Below, piece by piece: positions 27,236 to 41,376 of a stretch of 64,000 nucleotides of DNA; the first letter of the stretch is position 1; each line of letters begins with the position of its first letter. A model generated the notes under the pieces. That model was not told the DNA's origin. It did not search any database and worked only from the letters and a program-made list of their open reading frames with translations. Location: assembly GCA_951406725.2 (NCBI GenBank), contig OX597825.1, forward strand, positions 8,432,001 to 8,496,000, in the 5' to 3' direction. A program made the position numbers and the translations under genes. The DNA comes from Octopus vulgaris. Lineage: Eukaryota.

Positions 27236-29026
27236 CCGTCTTAGCATACAAAGAAATTTTCTACTTAGCGAGTTAAATCTTCGTGGATTGTTTCTGATAT
27301 TTTTCCTTTCATCAAATTTAGTTAATAAGCGCTGACTATTTTAATTACACATTTCCTGTTCTTCACTGTCATGATAATTTCGCTGTGTTAATTGATTTGT
27401 TTCAATGCGTCACAATGTGTCCGATAAAAATAATTTAAAGAAACGCCATTTATTTCAGGTTGAGACTTATTCACTTTTGGAGAGATATATAAATGTGTGT
27501 TAGATAACAGTGGTAATGTATAATTAAGTGGACAAGAGCATATAATTTAAAACAGTAATTGTTAACTTGGATAGAAAAGGTAGTAAAAAAATTCTCAAGA
27601 GACCGGAACTGCAAAAAGGTATTCATAGAATATTCGTCATCCTCGGGCAAATATTTTACCTTCTTCCACTCTACACAGACCCCATCCAGCTCATGATTCC
27701 TTTCTGCTGACACAATTTAGCCACTTTGTTATCGGAGACCTGCGTATTTAAACCGCCTGGAGACTTAATATATTTGTATCTCCTTTCGGCTGACACAGCT
27801 TTCAAAACTACCCGTAAAGAAGATATAACGACAGTGATCTTCTTTATTGCCTATATTAATTTAGATAGTGCTGTATTTTAGTTTGTTTGAGTCAGAAATT
27901 ACTTGAATATATGTAATGTGTTATAATATATAGATTGACAAATAATTTCCGGTTTGGTTATTAGAGACAACCATTAAATTGGGTAAATTTGCCCAGCCTC
28001 TTGGATTCGGAACCTGATATTTGTATGAATATCAGTGATGGTAATTTATAATAATGTCCGAATATAGCCTTATATATGTCTTTTACTGATACATTAGTGT
28101 GAACACTATGTCGATATCAACATTTTTATTGTTTTGCAAACATATATTAGGTTCTGCATATTATATGAATATAAATTGGTTTCGTAATATCTATTAGGAA
28201 CGGTAACATTTCATCAAGTATCTCCTCATTTCAATAACTTGTAAGGTTTCTTTCATCTTGGTACGACAAATGTCAATTTTATGTACCTAAATATCGTTGT
28301 TCATTATTGCGCACTAATTGTCTCGTTTTGTCGAGAAAATAAAATTTCATTGCTGAGCTTTCCCCAGAGACGTTCATGTTTGTTTCTTGAGAGTGATTAA
28401 TATTTTCGTCAGCGGTAGTTACACGTTTTCATCTGCCATCATATTGCTGGATTATCCATTAGTTTACATGGAAATAATATACATTTTTGTACATTTACGA
28501 GAAAATATTTTTAAATGAGCGTCGTAGCGCAAAACTTAAGTATCAGTAATGCACAAACATACACAGAGAATGAAAGCCACAGCCTCACACAAACACACAC
28601 AGAGACAAGCACTGACACAATCAACTAACACATACAAATATATTATATATGCATACTCCTAGTACCCGCAACTTCAGGTAAAGACGTTTTGCTTTTACAG
28701 ATCGGAGAATCACTAATTTCAAACTAGCGTTTGTAAAATCGCTCCAACGGGAGCTCAAATTAATCTAAGAATTTAAAATCTACACTTTCGTTTTCGCGAA
28801 AACGCCGATTTCGGTGCTTAGATATAGATGAAATCACTTAATATATTGAAAACATATAATCATGATGCATGTGTTTATGTGTGTGTGTGTGTGTATAAGT
28901 TCGTGTGTGTGTGTGTGCATGAACCCACGATTGCGTGCGTGTCTGTTAGTGAACACGATTTACATTCAGGTATAATTTTTCATTAGGAATATTTGCGCTT
29001 CCGTATATTTTATTCAGTTCCAATGA

Positions 29027-29041
29027 GTATCTGTCTATCTG

Positions 29042-29098
<57 letters not shown>

Positions 29099-29099
29099 A

Positions 29100-29183
<84 letters not shown>

Positions 29184-29274
29184 TGTCTATCTGTCTATCT
29201 ATCTATCTATTTATCTATCAATCTATCTATCTATCTATCTATCTATCTATATATATATATATATATCTGTCTGC

Positions 29275-29338
<64 letters not shown>

Positions 29339-29390
29339 TTATCTATCTATCTGTCTGCCTATTTATCTATCTATATATCTATCTATATAT
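29027..29390. repeat. (ATCT)n/(AT)n compound microsatellite
   Basis: Directly visible. Confidence 0.95.
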
Positions 29391-31154
29391 GAATCATCCT
29401 TCACAATCACCATCATTATATATGAACGACACCAATACAAACAGTATCCACACAAAAGCCAAAACAACTGCAGTCATTCACAACACATCTTAACATCTAA
29501 CTATGACACACTAATGTTACCAAGAAGATGAGCAACGCCATCTAAAATTTGAAAAATATAACATATGAGGTAATGTGAGGTAATGTAGTTCTCCAATGTT
29601 TTGCGAATTGTGAGTAGGATGTGTTCGATGTTAGTTTAATGAGAATCAACTTAAAATTATGCACCAATAACAATGCATATCATAAGTTGGACATGACCAC
29701 TGCAACCAACAAGAAATCGCGAATAATCACTCGCACCACAATCTCCAACACGAAAACCCATGGAATTAACACTACCATTACTATTACCTACAAATTAGCT
29801 TTTTAAATATGTGTAAATAGCAACTATAACATTTGCGTCGTAGTTGTGTCTGCAGCTACATATAATCTATGTCAACATAACTCTGATATATGTCGGTGAG
29901 ATTTGACTGAAAAGGTTTTGAAGTCATAGTAGTGCTTATGTACCTGATAACCATTCAGCTAATTCTCCCCACACGATAATCTCCCCAACTAAATCCTTCA
30001 CTTTTCATCTACTCATTCCCATTTTTACGTCAACACGAATATGACAACTACTTATTTCCTCAATAAAATTTTCTCTAACGGTGTTTTCTTTTTAGTGCTG
30101 ATTTCTCCTGCTCACTTTATCAACAATCTAGTATGTGTACAAAGAATCTTTTAAGTGCAACAGGATGTGATATCGTGGAAAGGAACGGTAATTGTGTTGT
30201 TATATCCAGTAATGTACTGGATATTAAACTTCATGTTTTATAAAGTTTTGATGCAGGAGAAAAAAGAAATCAGTCACATTGTCAAAATGTTAAAGCCTAA
30301 AACTTCTGTCGGAAAAACTTGTGACGATAGAGATAAATCCAGTACTCTAAGAGTAAATACGTGAAAAGTATGGACCATTTTATTCTTTCATAGATTTAGT
30401 GCGACTCTTAAAATGAAACGGTTCTTGTGTTTGGATCAAAGACTAGAATCGACGTATTGTGTGAAGAAGCACAATGGTAATTAATGTAAAGCAAACATTT
30501 GTATGGCGATTTTCAGATAGAGGTGATACTTCAATGAAAAAAGCTTTTTATCAAGTAAAAGCAGGTTTGAAAGTTCTAAGAGCTGCTTCAATTTCTAGAA
30601 AATGTAATTGTACAACTACAATCTCTTTTCAGCAGTTGAAAACGAAAATATTGCTGGACTGGCTACATAGCAGAGCATCTATAAAATGTAGCGAGCGGAA
30701 TCAGCACTTTTTTTTAAACTCATGGCTACTAGAGCTTTCATTTCTCGAGAGGAATAAATCAGCAAAATGATTTCAGTTCTTCTAAATATCGTTTGGAAGT
30801 TCTCCCGATAGGATGTAGCACTTGTGATATGAAATCCATGCCCATAAACCTATATCACAAATGTTATGCAATGTTAAACTGACCTCTTATTTAGATTTTT
30901 TATCTTCCTGTGCAAAGATAGTATCCGTCATATCATCGCTACTTTTGGATATGTCTCCAAGTTACTAGTTGGATTCAGTGAATTTTCTGATAACGTGTGA
31001 ACAGAATATATTCCCCAAAATCCATATTACTATTCCCCAGCCCATGGACCAAGGAATGAGAGATAATTTCATGGCATATTATCTTCGTACTTCCAAGCAA
31101 TTTATACAAATAGTTGACAGAAAGACAGACCTACAGTTAAAGACATCTGGTGCA

Positions 31155-31261
<107 letters not shown>

Positions 31262-31473
31262 ATTTTAGAGCATGTAGCTGAGCTTTGCAACCACTCAAAT
31301 ATGAATAATATTTTCAAATGATAGCAATATGTCCCCGAAGACGAAGTCGACATCACTTTCGGAAAGGTATTATGGTATTTCCAAATACGATCCGAGGGAA
31401 TCGTACATAATGATGTGCTTGAATTGCTAGAGTCCCATATAGAAACTTTATCTAATGGTAAAGGTTATCATAC

Positions 31474-31710
31474 AAGGCGACGAGCTGGCAGAAACGTTAG
31501 CACGCTGGGCGAAATGCTTAGCGGTATTCCGTCTGCTGTTACGTTCTGAGTTCAAATTCCGCCGAGGTCGACTTTGCCTTTCATCCTTTCGGGGAAGATA
31601 AATTAAGTACCAGTTACGCACTGGGGTCGATGTAATCGACTTCATCCTTTTGTCTCTCTTTGTTTGTCCCCTATATGTTTAGCCCCTTGTGGGCAATAAA
31701 GAAATAAGAA
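31474..31710 (+). mobile_element. tRNA-derived SINE, family B (full length)
   Basis: AAGGCGACGAGCTGGCAGAAACGTTAGC...GAGTTCAAATTCC...GCCCCTTGTGGGCAATAAAGAAATAAGA. Confidence 0.9.
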
Positions 31711-32730
31711 AGTTTATCTAATGAGTAATTGACACTGTTGTATGAAAAGCAAAGTGAAAATACGGATAAAAATATGGAAATAAGGAAATCTCAAACTGAA
31801 TTCCTTGTTGATAATATTGTTAAACGCTTGACGTTTTTAAAGGAACTTCTGCAATATTTGCTGTTAAAAATTTTAATTTTCAACATAACATGAAACTAAC
31901 TGGAATAGTTTGAGTTCCGTTTCTTAACTGAAACGTACAACATAACGCGTCATAAACTGCAAGCAATTTTTGCATGTTATTACTGTTGCTGTTGTTGTTA
32001 TTGTTGTTGATGATGATGATGATGACAATGATGATGATGATGATGACAATGATGATGATGATGACGGCACTGACAACGATGTCGTTAAATATCAAAACGA
32101 AATGAGTCCCCATAATAATCTCGGCAGCTCGTCATCCAGTAACACCCTTTCTCATAGCTATCAGAATCTTTTCTCAACATCAGCAACATGCGTGAGGGGA
32201 TATGTTACACTTTACACTCGTTTCCTCTTTCGCAGAATTAATCATCTGCAAATTTGCTCACATCACCAATTGATTTTTTTCCTTTTACAACGCTTATAAC
32301 ATTTCTCTTACATTTCCTTCATTTCCGCGAAAAGCAGTATACTTGGCATTTTACTTTCGTTTCAAAGTTCGGTGTCAGTTTGCAGACCTTCCGTCTAAAA
32401 TTCTTGCAAACCTAGTTCTAACTTTTCATTACTAACTTCGGTAATATAATGCTGGAGAATGATAATTGGCTATCTCCACAGTAAGTGAACTACAGTAATT
32501 TGCAAAACGAACTTACATACTCGAGAATCAAATATTGCAAAAATTAAAACTAAAATGCAAAACGCACGGTCAAGTTAATCAAATTACACACATACACACA
32601 CTCACATACACAAATTCACTCTCATACACATTGCTATCCGTTTATGTACCTACACACACACACACACACACACTCACATATACATATATATATATATATA
32701 TATATACTCTCTCCTTGTTTTTTTCTGTGT

Positions 32731-32770
32731 ATCTTTCTGTAGAAGAGCGTAGGCTCGAAACGTAATAGAC
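32731..32770 (+). ncRNA. Minimal hammerhead-like motif (A6U variant) in a short element 32706-32853
   Basis: ATCTTT-CTGTAGA-A-GAGC GTAG GCTC-GAAACGTA-ATAGAC. Helix II is perfect and helix III is the palindrome ACGT. Confidence 0.55.
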
Positions 32771-32850
32771 GTTTTCTATTCCTGAGCGTTATACTAATAC
32801 ATCTGTTTTGTATTACCTGTCTTCGTATTTTGTTTATTTTCGTAAACTTT

Positions 32851-32915
<65 letters not shown>

Positions 32916-32977
32916 AAAAGAAGACAGGTGAGGGACTACACAGATGTATTAGTTCGACACTCGGAAAGAATGGAAGT

Positions 32978-33011
32978 GTCTTTGACGTTTCGAGTCTACG
33001 CTCTTCGTCAA
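32978..33011 (-). ncRNA. Minimal hammerhead-like motif, 5'-truncated by (TA)n
   Basis: Minus strand reads TTGACGA-A-GAGC GTAG ACTC-GAAACGTC-AAAGAC. Same family as 32731, in inverted orientation. Confidence 0.55.
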
Positions 33012-33152
33012 TATATATATATATTATATGCTTATTAGGCAGCATCAAGTATCTATGTGAATTTTGGGTGTACGTAATGTCTGTTATCCCGCATATAGCT
33101 GGTATGTAAGTGTACATTTCTTTCCATGTGTTATGTGTTTTGTGTAAAAAAA

Positions 33153-33233
33153 CATACTGATAAGAGGAGTGTCAATTTCAAATATACGATATTTTCATAT
33201 TAATTGGCACGTCTCCGAAACAGCTGGTAGATG
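33153..33233 (+). ncRNA. Decayed type I hammerhead-like motif with long helix II
   Basis: CTGATAA (G8A)-GA-GGAG TGTCAATT ... AATTGGCA CGT CTCC-GAAA CAGCTG GTA. Helix III is the palindrome CAGCTG. Confidence 0.5.
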
Positions 33234-33542
33234 AACATTTTTGCTAGTTTGTTTATTTATCTTTTCTGTATTTTTTCTGGAATTTTAATACGTCATTTTG
33301 ATATGTTATTGTATGTTTTATTACCGCAAATTTTTAATTTAACAAATTTATACCTAATGATTTTATGCAACACTGATTCTTATATATATATATATTTTAT
33401 ATGATGTTTATATATTTATATACTATTATGTTTTTAAACGTCGGACTTTGTCTCTGTTCTGTATATATAAATGAATATATGAATATATGTATGTGTCTGA
33501 TCTTCGTATGGATTTTGAAATGTTCCCCTCGGATTAGCAAGT

Positions 33543-33611
<69 letters not shown>

Positions 33612-33882
33612 GGTGTACAATATACATATGTCTCCTTTTTGTATTTTTTTCTATATGTATATATATATATATAATCAAAAAGGGTAATAACATAGATTGT
33701 TGTTACCAGTGGCCTAGCACAAAAGACGAATTAGTCATTAGACAAAATATTATTCATATAGAAAAATATTATTCATATCGAAATATAATTAAGTCCTCCT
33801 AAATAAGGATGCCAAGTGCTAGGGACACAAAAAAGGGATAAATTCATCGAGAGTGAAAATCAAAACATTTACCATTACCGAT

Positions 33883-33966
33883 ACATCCCGGACTAATGGG
33901 TTTCTACTTCTTTCTAGCAAAACAAACAGAATATGTTTGCTAAGGCCGGTTTCATCAGCGAGACGC
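33883..33966 (-). ncRNA. Type I hammerhead ribozyme motif with intact core
   Basis: Minus strand reads GCGTCTCG-CTGATGA-A-AC..TTAGCAAA/TTTGCTAG..GT-A-GAAAC CCATTA GTC-CGGGATGT. Helix I is 8 bp with 3 G-U pairs and the cleavage triplet is GUC. Confidence 0.7.
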
Positions 33967-34251
33967 CTTTGTTAAATCGAGATATATACATATATATATA
34001 TACCGTTGCCATTATGCAGAAGTGCCGTAAGTCCAAAATGTTTCTTTTTCTGAAAACAAAAAAATAATTTCCCTATTCCATAACAAAACCCTCGTACTAT
34101 ACTTTGATAATTTTTTATATCTTGGCATCTGATACAGCTGGAGACACGATAGTCTGAACCAAAGAACCAGCCATTCGTAGCGAAAATATATATTGAAAGA
34201 GAACGCATTTAGCCAAATTCGGTTATACGATAGTTTAAAATAGCGGAATCG

Positions 34252-34382
<131 letters not shown>

Positions 34383-34924
34383 CAATTGAAGATAAAATCT
34401 ACATGAGGTTTTATCGGGTAGCTAACATGCAATCAACCGGTTAAGGAAAATTTAATCAATTTATAAAATGTGAGGATATATAAGAAAGTATGGGAATCCA
34501 AATGCTTTTTACAAGGAGAGGCTAATGGCTGAAAACTACCTAAGATATCGCCATGTGTGTATGTAATTATGTACGTATATGTGAATATATATATCTATGT
34601 ATATATAAGTGTATATATATACATGTATATGTATACATATATGTATGTATATAGATATATAACTATATACATACATATATATTTATATTTATATACATAT
34701 ATGTATATATATATATATGCATATATATAAGTATATATACATATATACACACATATATGTATATATATTATAAATGGCTGATATATACGTATAACATACA
34801 TACATGACAAGGCTACCCTTTGAAATATGCCAGCTATATAGCAACGTAAATATTTCTTGCTCAAGGACACAACGCGTAGGAATCGAACTCACAACCTTAT
34901 ATAGCCGAATGCCCTAACCACTAT

Positions 34925-35059
<135 letters not shown>

Positions 35060-35086
35060 GTGTGTCTTTTCGTCTCTGTTCGTTCC

Positions 35087-35480
35087 CGGCGAGCTGGCAG
35101 AAACGTTAGTGCTTCGGGCGAAATGCTTAGCGGCATTCCGTCTGTCGTTACGTTCTGAGTTCAAATTCCGCCGAGGTCGATTTTGCCTTTCATCCTTTCG
35201 GGGTCGATTAAGTAAGTACCAGTTACGCACTAGGATCGATGTAATCGAATTAATCCGTTTGTCTGTCTTTGTTTGTCCCCTCTGTGTGTAGCCCCTTGTG
35301 GGCAGTAAAGAAATAGGTATTTCGTTTATCATTATATACTAAGTTAAAACTCTGCGAGGTCCACTTTGCTTTTCATCCTTTTGGCGTCGATAAATTAAGT
35401 ACCAGTTGCGTACCGAAGTCGATAAAATCGATTGGCTCCCTCCCCCCAAAATTCGGGCTTTCTGCTTAGAGTAGAAAAGA
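35087..35480 (+). mobile_element. SINE family B copy (35087-35320) followed by a related partial copy
   Basis: Matches 31474-31710; the second, partial unit starts near 35345. Confidence 0.85.
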
Positions 35481-35952
35481 TTGAGACGTGACAGCGTGTC
35501 ACTTAAACCTCTAACTTCTAGCTGACAAATTACTTGCACTAGCAGCTTTGATTATCGACCAAACTTATCTCTGACATAACAAAGTCAAACTTTGCGTGCC
35601 CTTGTGCTTTTTAATTGTCGCTTCCTACGATTACCGCGCCCTATACACAACGATAATCTGAAGAGATAATGTTGTTTAAATTATCGCGTAAAACGACACT
35701 TAAGCACATAGGGATGTCTATATGACCTGGAATCGCCAACGTAGGATATTTTTTCATATAATTTCTCATAAATTGCCACCACCCTAGCACCGAAAATCTT
35801 AAGTGTGGATCCTATCATCAGCCGTGAAGATTTCAGCAAACTGGGGCCTAAGCAGCCAGTTAGAAAACCCATAAAACTTAAAACATATTGTGGTGTGTGT
35901 GTGTATGAGTGTGCGTGTGTGTGCATTATTTATATATTATATATACATATAC

Positions 35953-35983
<31 letters not shown>

Positions 35984-37099
35984 TCATATACATATATTTT
36001 ATATATATATTTATATATATATAAACATACATGTATCCATCTATATCTCTCTATCTATATATGTGTGTGTGCGTGTTTGTGCTTGAATATATGTTATGTA
36101 CGTATGTATATAGTTCGTGCTTCGTTTATATTTGAAGGTCTATAACGTATTTTACATTTTTTGCATTATTGAATGAAAATGAGAGGGGATATATCCCCTA
36201 TAGATACGGTGATTCTTTCTGTAAGGAAATGCTATCTCTATGAGGGGTAAAGGTTTTATACTAAAAGAGCGATAACAATTTTATGTTCAATAAGTGCAAA
36301 ATCGAATATAATCCCTTAAATTTCAATTATTTGTACTTTTTTTCTGTCTGTCTATTTACATTTTTATCGATGGTTTGCAGTAATAAATTTGATAAATTAT
36401 CATCACAAAATATTTTTCTTTACGTAAAGATTGGTGTTCTCTCTAATAAAAAATATGTAAAATATACATTCGGAAGAATACCGTTGCATATGATATTGTT
36501 GCATTCATAAAATTTTAGAACGATAAATCTAATGCTGATAAAAAGAATATCTATAACATTAATCTCGTAAAAATTCTTATTAATTGTAGCCGAGGTAGTG
36601 AAATACGGAAATCAATATTCCAATGTTGTATTTGACGTCAAATAAATACATCATACTTTGGTATTTTCTGATATTTATTGAAACACATTCTCTCTCGGAT
36701 GGTAACATGTGAATGTGTGTGTGTTTGTTGTTTCTTTTTAATATAAATAACTGTTACTGAAATATATTACACAACAAAATAGACATGAAACTAATGTGAA
36801 GCGAGTTCTCAAAAATATTGAACGGAACGCAACTCTATTTCTCTATTCTTCTTCTGTATCTAAATTTTGTGGTCAAATTGCAACGGAGTAACTTTTAATC
36901 AATACAGCCATTTTTCTATTCAATATAATATTGTTTGAAATCTTTAAACAATAAAATTATTAATAGTTGCATAGATCTGTAAATCAGTTAACTAACAGCT
37001 CACGCAACAGATTTTTCTCATGGAAACCTATACCCGTAAAGAATGTATATACATACACGCACGCACACACAAGCATACACGCACATACACATATGTATG

Positions 37100-37146
<47 letters not shown>

Positions 37147-37183
37147 GTATGTATGTATATACATATATAAGTATGTATATATG

Positions 37184-37218
<35 letters not shown>

Positions 37219-37409
37219 GCAGACACATACACACACACACTCACATGCATATATGTATAGATATATACGTATGTTTATATATATATGTATATATATTTAT
37301 ATATATACATCACGCATATACAGACTCACGCATGCACATATATTTTCACACCTACATGTATGCACACACACACACACAGATATATATATACATATATGCA
37401 CACAGACTC

Positions 37410-37440
<31 letters not shown>

Positions 37441-37736
37441 CACGCACATATAGGCACACTCATATACACACACACACACACACGAATGTGCATGTATACA
37501 TATATGCATTTATTGTTTATATCTGTATGCAAATGTACATTGAGCGTATATCCAATCTACCGTTTTTTACTCTCCCATTCCAATATTAACGGTCTTATGT
37601 GGATAATATTTAAGATTTCTAAATCCAAGTGTTACATATTTAATTTTCAAAACTGATTTCAGAGGAAATATAAACGAATTGGTACACGCGGGAAAAAAGT
37701 AGATTCAGGAAGTACCAACCTCAGTTTTATAACATA

Positions 37737-38120
37737 CTAGCAGTATCGCCCGGCGTTGCTCAGGTTTGTAAGGGAAATAACTATAAAGCATTTTTAGAGA
37801 GTTATAGCCCCAAAATAGCCAAAAAATGGAAAAAAATGATGGTAAATTTTTTTTTAGAGTTAAAAAAGGTCGAGTTGCGTCCCCTAGACAGTCTGTGGTT
37901 TGTGTTTCTGATTCTCGACCCCATGTCGAATTTATCGATTTTTTTCAGAACTGGGGGAACTTTTCAAAATTTTCGCTGCGATAGTTTTGAATTATGACAT
38001 TGGGCTATGTGTGTGTCAAGTTTCATCAGAATCGGTTGAAAGCCGTGGTCAGGGTGAGGGTACAACCAAACAGACACACAGAAACACACACAGACAAACT
38101 GCCGTTTATATAGAGAGAGA
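37737..38120 (-). mobile_element. Non-autonomous Helitron
   Basis: Minus strand starts TCTCTCTCTATATAAAC and ends with a GC-rich subterminal hairpin (CCTGAGCAACGCCGGG) followed by CTAG. Inserted between A and T with no TSD. Confidence 0.8.
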
Positions 38121-38491
38121 TTATTCCATCAACAAACACAGGCTTCAGGAAGAAATGTTGGAAATCAGCGCCGTTTAAAACAGCTCACAGCTTCCAGAGA
38201 TGCCCGTAGGAATGGAAGAGAAATATCGCATCAAATTCAAATAAATCATAAAATGTCTGTAACTTTAAAATGATTTTGTGTGAGAGATGATGTTCTCTAA
38301 TGTATTTACTAGGAATATAATGAATGTGTGAGCAGGAAAGGAAGTGCCATTCCAGCAAGAACGAAAGCACCACCTGGAGATAAATCGTTGTAAAATTGTA
38401 TGAGGCTATTTCTAATTACCTCCTAATTTCTACCATTAATTAGCTCTCTTTAATGCACTTAAGTAGAATTGATATTCAGAAAATCTACATT

Positions 38492-38906
38492 CTTTTATTC
38501 TTTTACTTGTTTCAGTCATTTGACTGTAGCCATGCTGGAGCAGCACATTTAGTAGAGCAAATCGACTAAGGGACTTATTCTTTGTAAGCCTAATACTTAT
38601 TCTGTCGGTCTCTTTTTCCGAACCGCTAATTTACGGGGACGTAAACACACCAGCTTCGGTTATCAAGCGTCGATGGTGGTGACAAACACACACAAACATA
38701 CACACATAAAAATACCCATATATATATATATATATATATATATACGATGGGCTTCTTTCAGTTCGCGCCTACCAAGTCCACTCACAAGGATTTAGCCGGC
38801 CTGAGGCTATAGTCGAAGACATTCTCCCAAGTGCCAGGCAGTGGGACTGAACGTGGAAACATTTAGTTGGTAAGCAAGCTACTTACCACGCAGCCACTCC
38901 TGCGCT
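38492..38906 (-). mobile_element. SINE family A
   Basis: Full head-to-tail match to 7329-7724. Confidence 0.9.
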
Positions 38907-38982
38907 TGTATATGCTTTCATCCATACTAATAATTTCGTGCTGTTATATATATATGAGATTTAATTAGTCTATATTACTTAT

Positions 38983-39395
38983 TTGCATTATTTACATTAT
39001 TTATATTATTTATATTCCACGGATATCTGTCGAATGTAAATAATGTAAATAATGTACATAATTGCTCATCCCTTAAATATAGAACAGTATATATTACTGT
39101 TTTATAGTTCTGAGATGCGGAATTCACTACATTATTTACATTATTTACATTAGACGCACATATGTCCTCATCTTGTTCGTTGTTACAATATTTCGTCTGA
39201 TTTTAGAATCTAACCTTAGTAATAAGAACCCGGGGTTGGGTTCAAATTTCTACCAAGACACCACCTGATGATGGCTGGAGAGTAAATCAGCCGAAACATT
39301 GTGGTAACAATAAAGAAGATGAGGACTTGTATCTGTCCAACGTAAATAATGTAAATAATGTAGAGGATTCTTCATCTCAAAAATATAGAATAGTA
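38983..39395. mobile_element. PLE pseudo-LTR-like remnant: direct and inverted partial copies with a hammerhead at 39256-39305
   Basis: The motif AATGTAAATAATGTAAATAATGTA occurs in alternating orientations (38985 -, 39032 +, 39128 -, about 39340 +). The last copy is preceded by CCAC-CTGATGA-T-GGCTG..CAGCC-GAAACATT-GTGG. Confidence 0.7.
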
Positions 39396-39463
39396 ATGTA
39401 TACTATTCGCATGTATTATATATGTAAGAGCACGAAAGTATTAGCATGAATATAAGTATGTAT

Positions 39464-39636
39464 AGGCGCGGCACAAGGCTTGTGTGTAACTAGCTTGCTT
39501 ACCAACCACATGGTTCCGGGTTCAGTCCGACTACTTAGTACCTTGGGCGAGCGTCTTCTCCTATAGCCTTGGACCCACCAGAACCTTGTGAGTGGATTTG
39601 GTTGACGGAAACTGAAAGAAGCCCACCGTATACATA

Positions 39637-39680
<44 letters not shown>

Positions 39681-39880
39681 TTGCATGTTTGTATTTGTTC
39701 CCCCCCCCAACATCGCTAGACAACCGATGCTGGTATGTTTACGTCCCCGTAATTTAGAGGTTCGGCAAAAGAGACCGAAGAATAAGTACTAGGGTTACAG
39801 AGAATAAGTCCCTGAGTGAATTTGTTCGACTAAAAGCCGTGCTCTAGCATGGCCGCTGTGAAATCACTGAAAGAAAAATG
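39464..39880 (+). mobile_element. SINE family A
   Basis: Head, body and tail match family A. Confidence 0.85.
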
Positions 39881-40365
39881 GAATAAATGAAATATACATA
39901 TGATTATGACAACGGCATTCACTAACATGGGTTTAGAGCCACAACAGCAACCAAGGAATCCAAAAGATCCCAAGCGAAGAGCAATATTATAAGACGTGCT
40001 TCTCTCTCCTCCGTAATATTCCGTCTGTAATCACTTTCTTTGTGTATATCCACTCACTCGTACCATTCTCGCATTCACTTTATTCACCCATCATTGTACA
40101 AATGTACTACGTGTGAAGTACCTCCCTTTTCACCATTCAGCTGGCCACCGCCTCGCAGAATGTCTGTCGAGCTTCTCGATCCCAGTACTTACTTGCAAAA
40201 CTTGGTACATCTCGCTATCGATCTCTTTTACCGAACCGCTGTGGTACAGGGATGTAAAGTCTATAACAACCGATTATCTCGTAACATGTTTGCATATTTA
40301 TAGAATAATTGTGTATGCTTATGCGAGTACGTGTTTATATAGGTATGCATTTATGTGTATAAGTA

Positions 40366-40455
<90 letters not shown>

Positions 40456-40564
40456 CATGTTTGTGTGTATGTGTGTGTGAATCTATGTATGTAAAACATG
40501 TGCGCGTGCACTTTCTATATATCTGTTGTCGTCACAGTTATTTGCATATATATGATGTACGTTG

Positions 40565-41210
40565 AAAAAGAGCAATTTTTGTTTATTTCACAAAGTTTGT
40601 AGAATCACTTTCGAAATACCCCACAGAGGAGTTCGAACACTTGCAGTAACGTTTCTGCCATTGCCGGTACCATCTCTCAAACGCCTTCTCTGTAATGCGA
40701 TGCAATTCCACCACACTTTTACTTGGAATTTCCTCTTGCGACTGTAATCGCTTCCTCTTCAGGTGGTTTACTTTTTGGAAAACGGGCAGAAGCCATACGG
40801 TGCAAGTCAGGAAAGTAGGGAGCATGTAGAACAAGTGATGTGCTTTCCTTAACCAAGAAAGCTTGGACATAGAAGTGCGTTCAAAACCTATCCAAATTTG
40901 TTTTTTCGCCAGCATAAATCCTCCGCTCAAGTGCTTATTGCGAATTTGTGTGTAATTTCCTGGATTGTTACACGACGAATATTCGATGAATCCTCACCGA
41001 ACCTTCTACATTAGCTCATTGTCTCGGTTTGTGGATTGCCAGTCTGATCGTGTCTCGTTTTCTAATGAGATGCGGTCAGATATGTGATTTGCTCATCGCA
41101 GCATCACCAAATATTTTGAGCTAGAGTATCGCCAAGTCTTTGGTAAAAGTAATACCCACACGCCATCACATCTGGTGGGAAAAATGTCGGATGCTTCCTG
41201 AAATTACCTA
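40565..41210 (-). mobile_element. Decayed, internally deleted mariner transposase
   Basis: Minus strand shows an HTH-like SLENETRSD...RVTIQEI, a degenerate YSPDLAP-type segment (CCTGACTTGCACCGTATGGCTTC) and the C-terminus ITEKAFERWYRQWQKRYCKCSNSSVGYFESD. Confidence 0.7.
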
Positions 41211-41216
41211 GTATGT

Positions 41217-41307
<91 letters not shown>

Positions 41308-41329
41308 CACATACACATGTATTTATAAA

Positions 41330-41376
<47 letters not shown>

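Noticed and set aside
27471-27800. Possible minus-strand exon (ORF 27471-27713)
   Set aside because: No recognisable domain and no convincing acceptor/donor pair.
28360-28416. Minus-strand CTGACGA...GAAAC...GTC
   Set aside because: Neither helix I nor helix II pairs.
31327-31370. CCGAAGA-CGAAG..CTTTCG-GAAAG
   Set aside because: Helix II is plausible but there is no convincing helix III or helix I.
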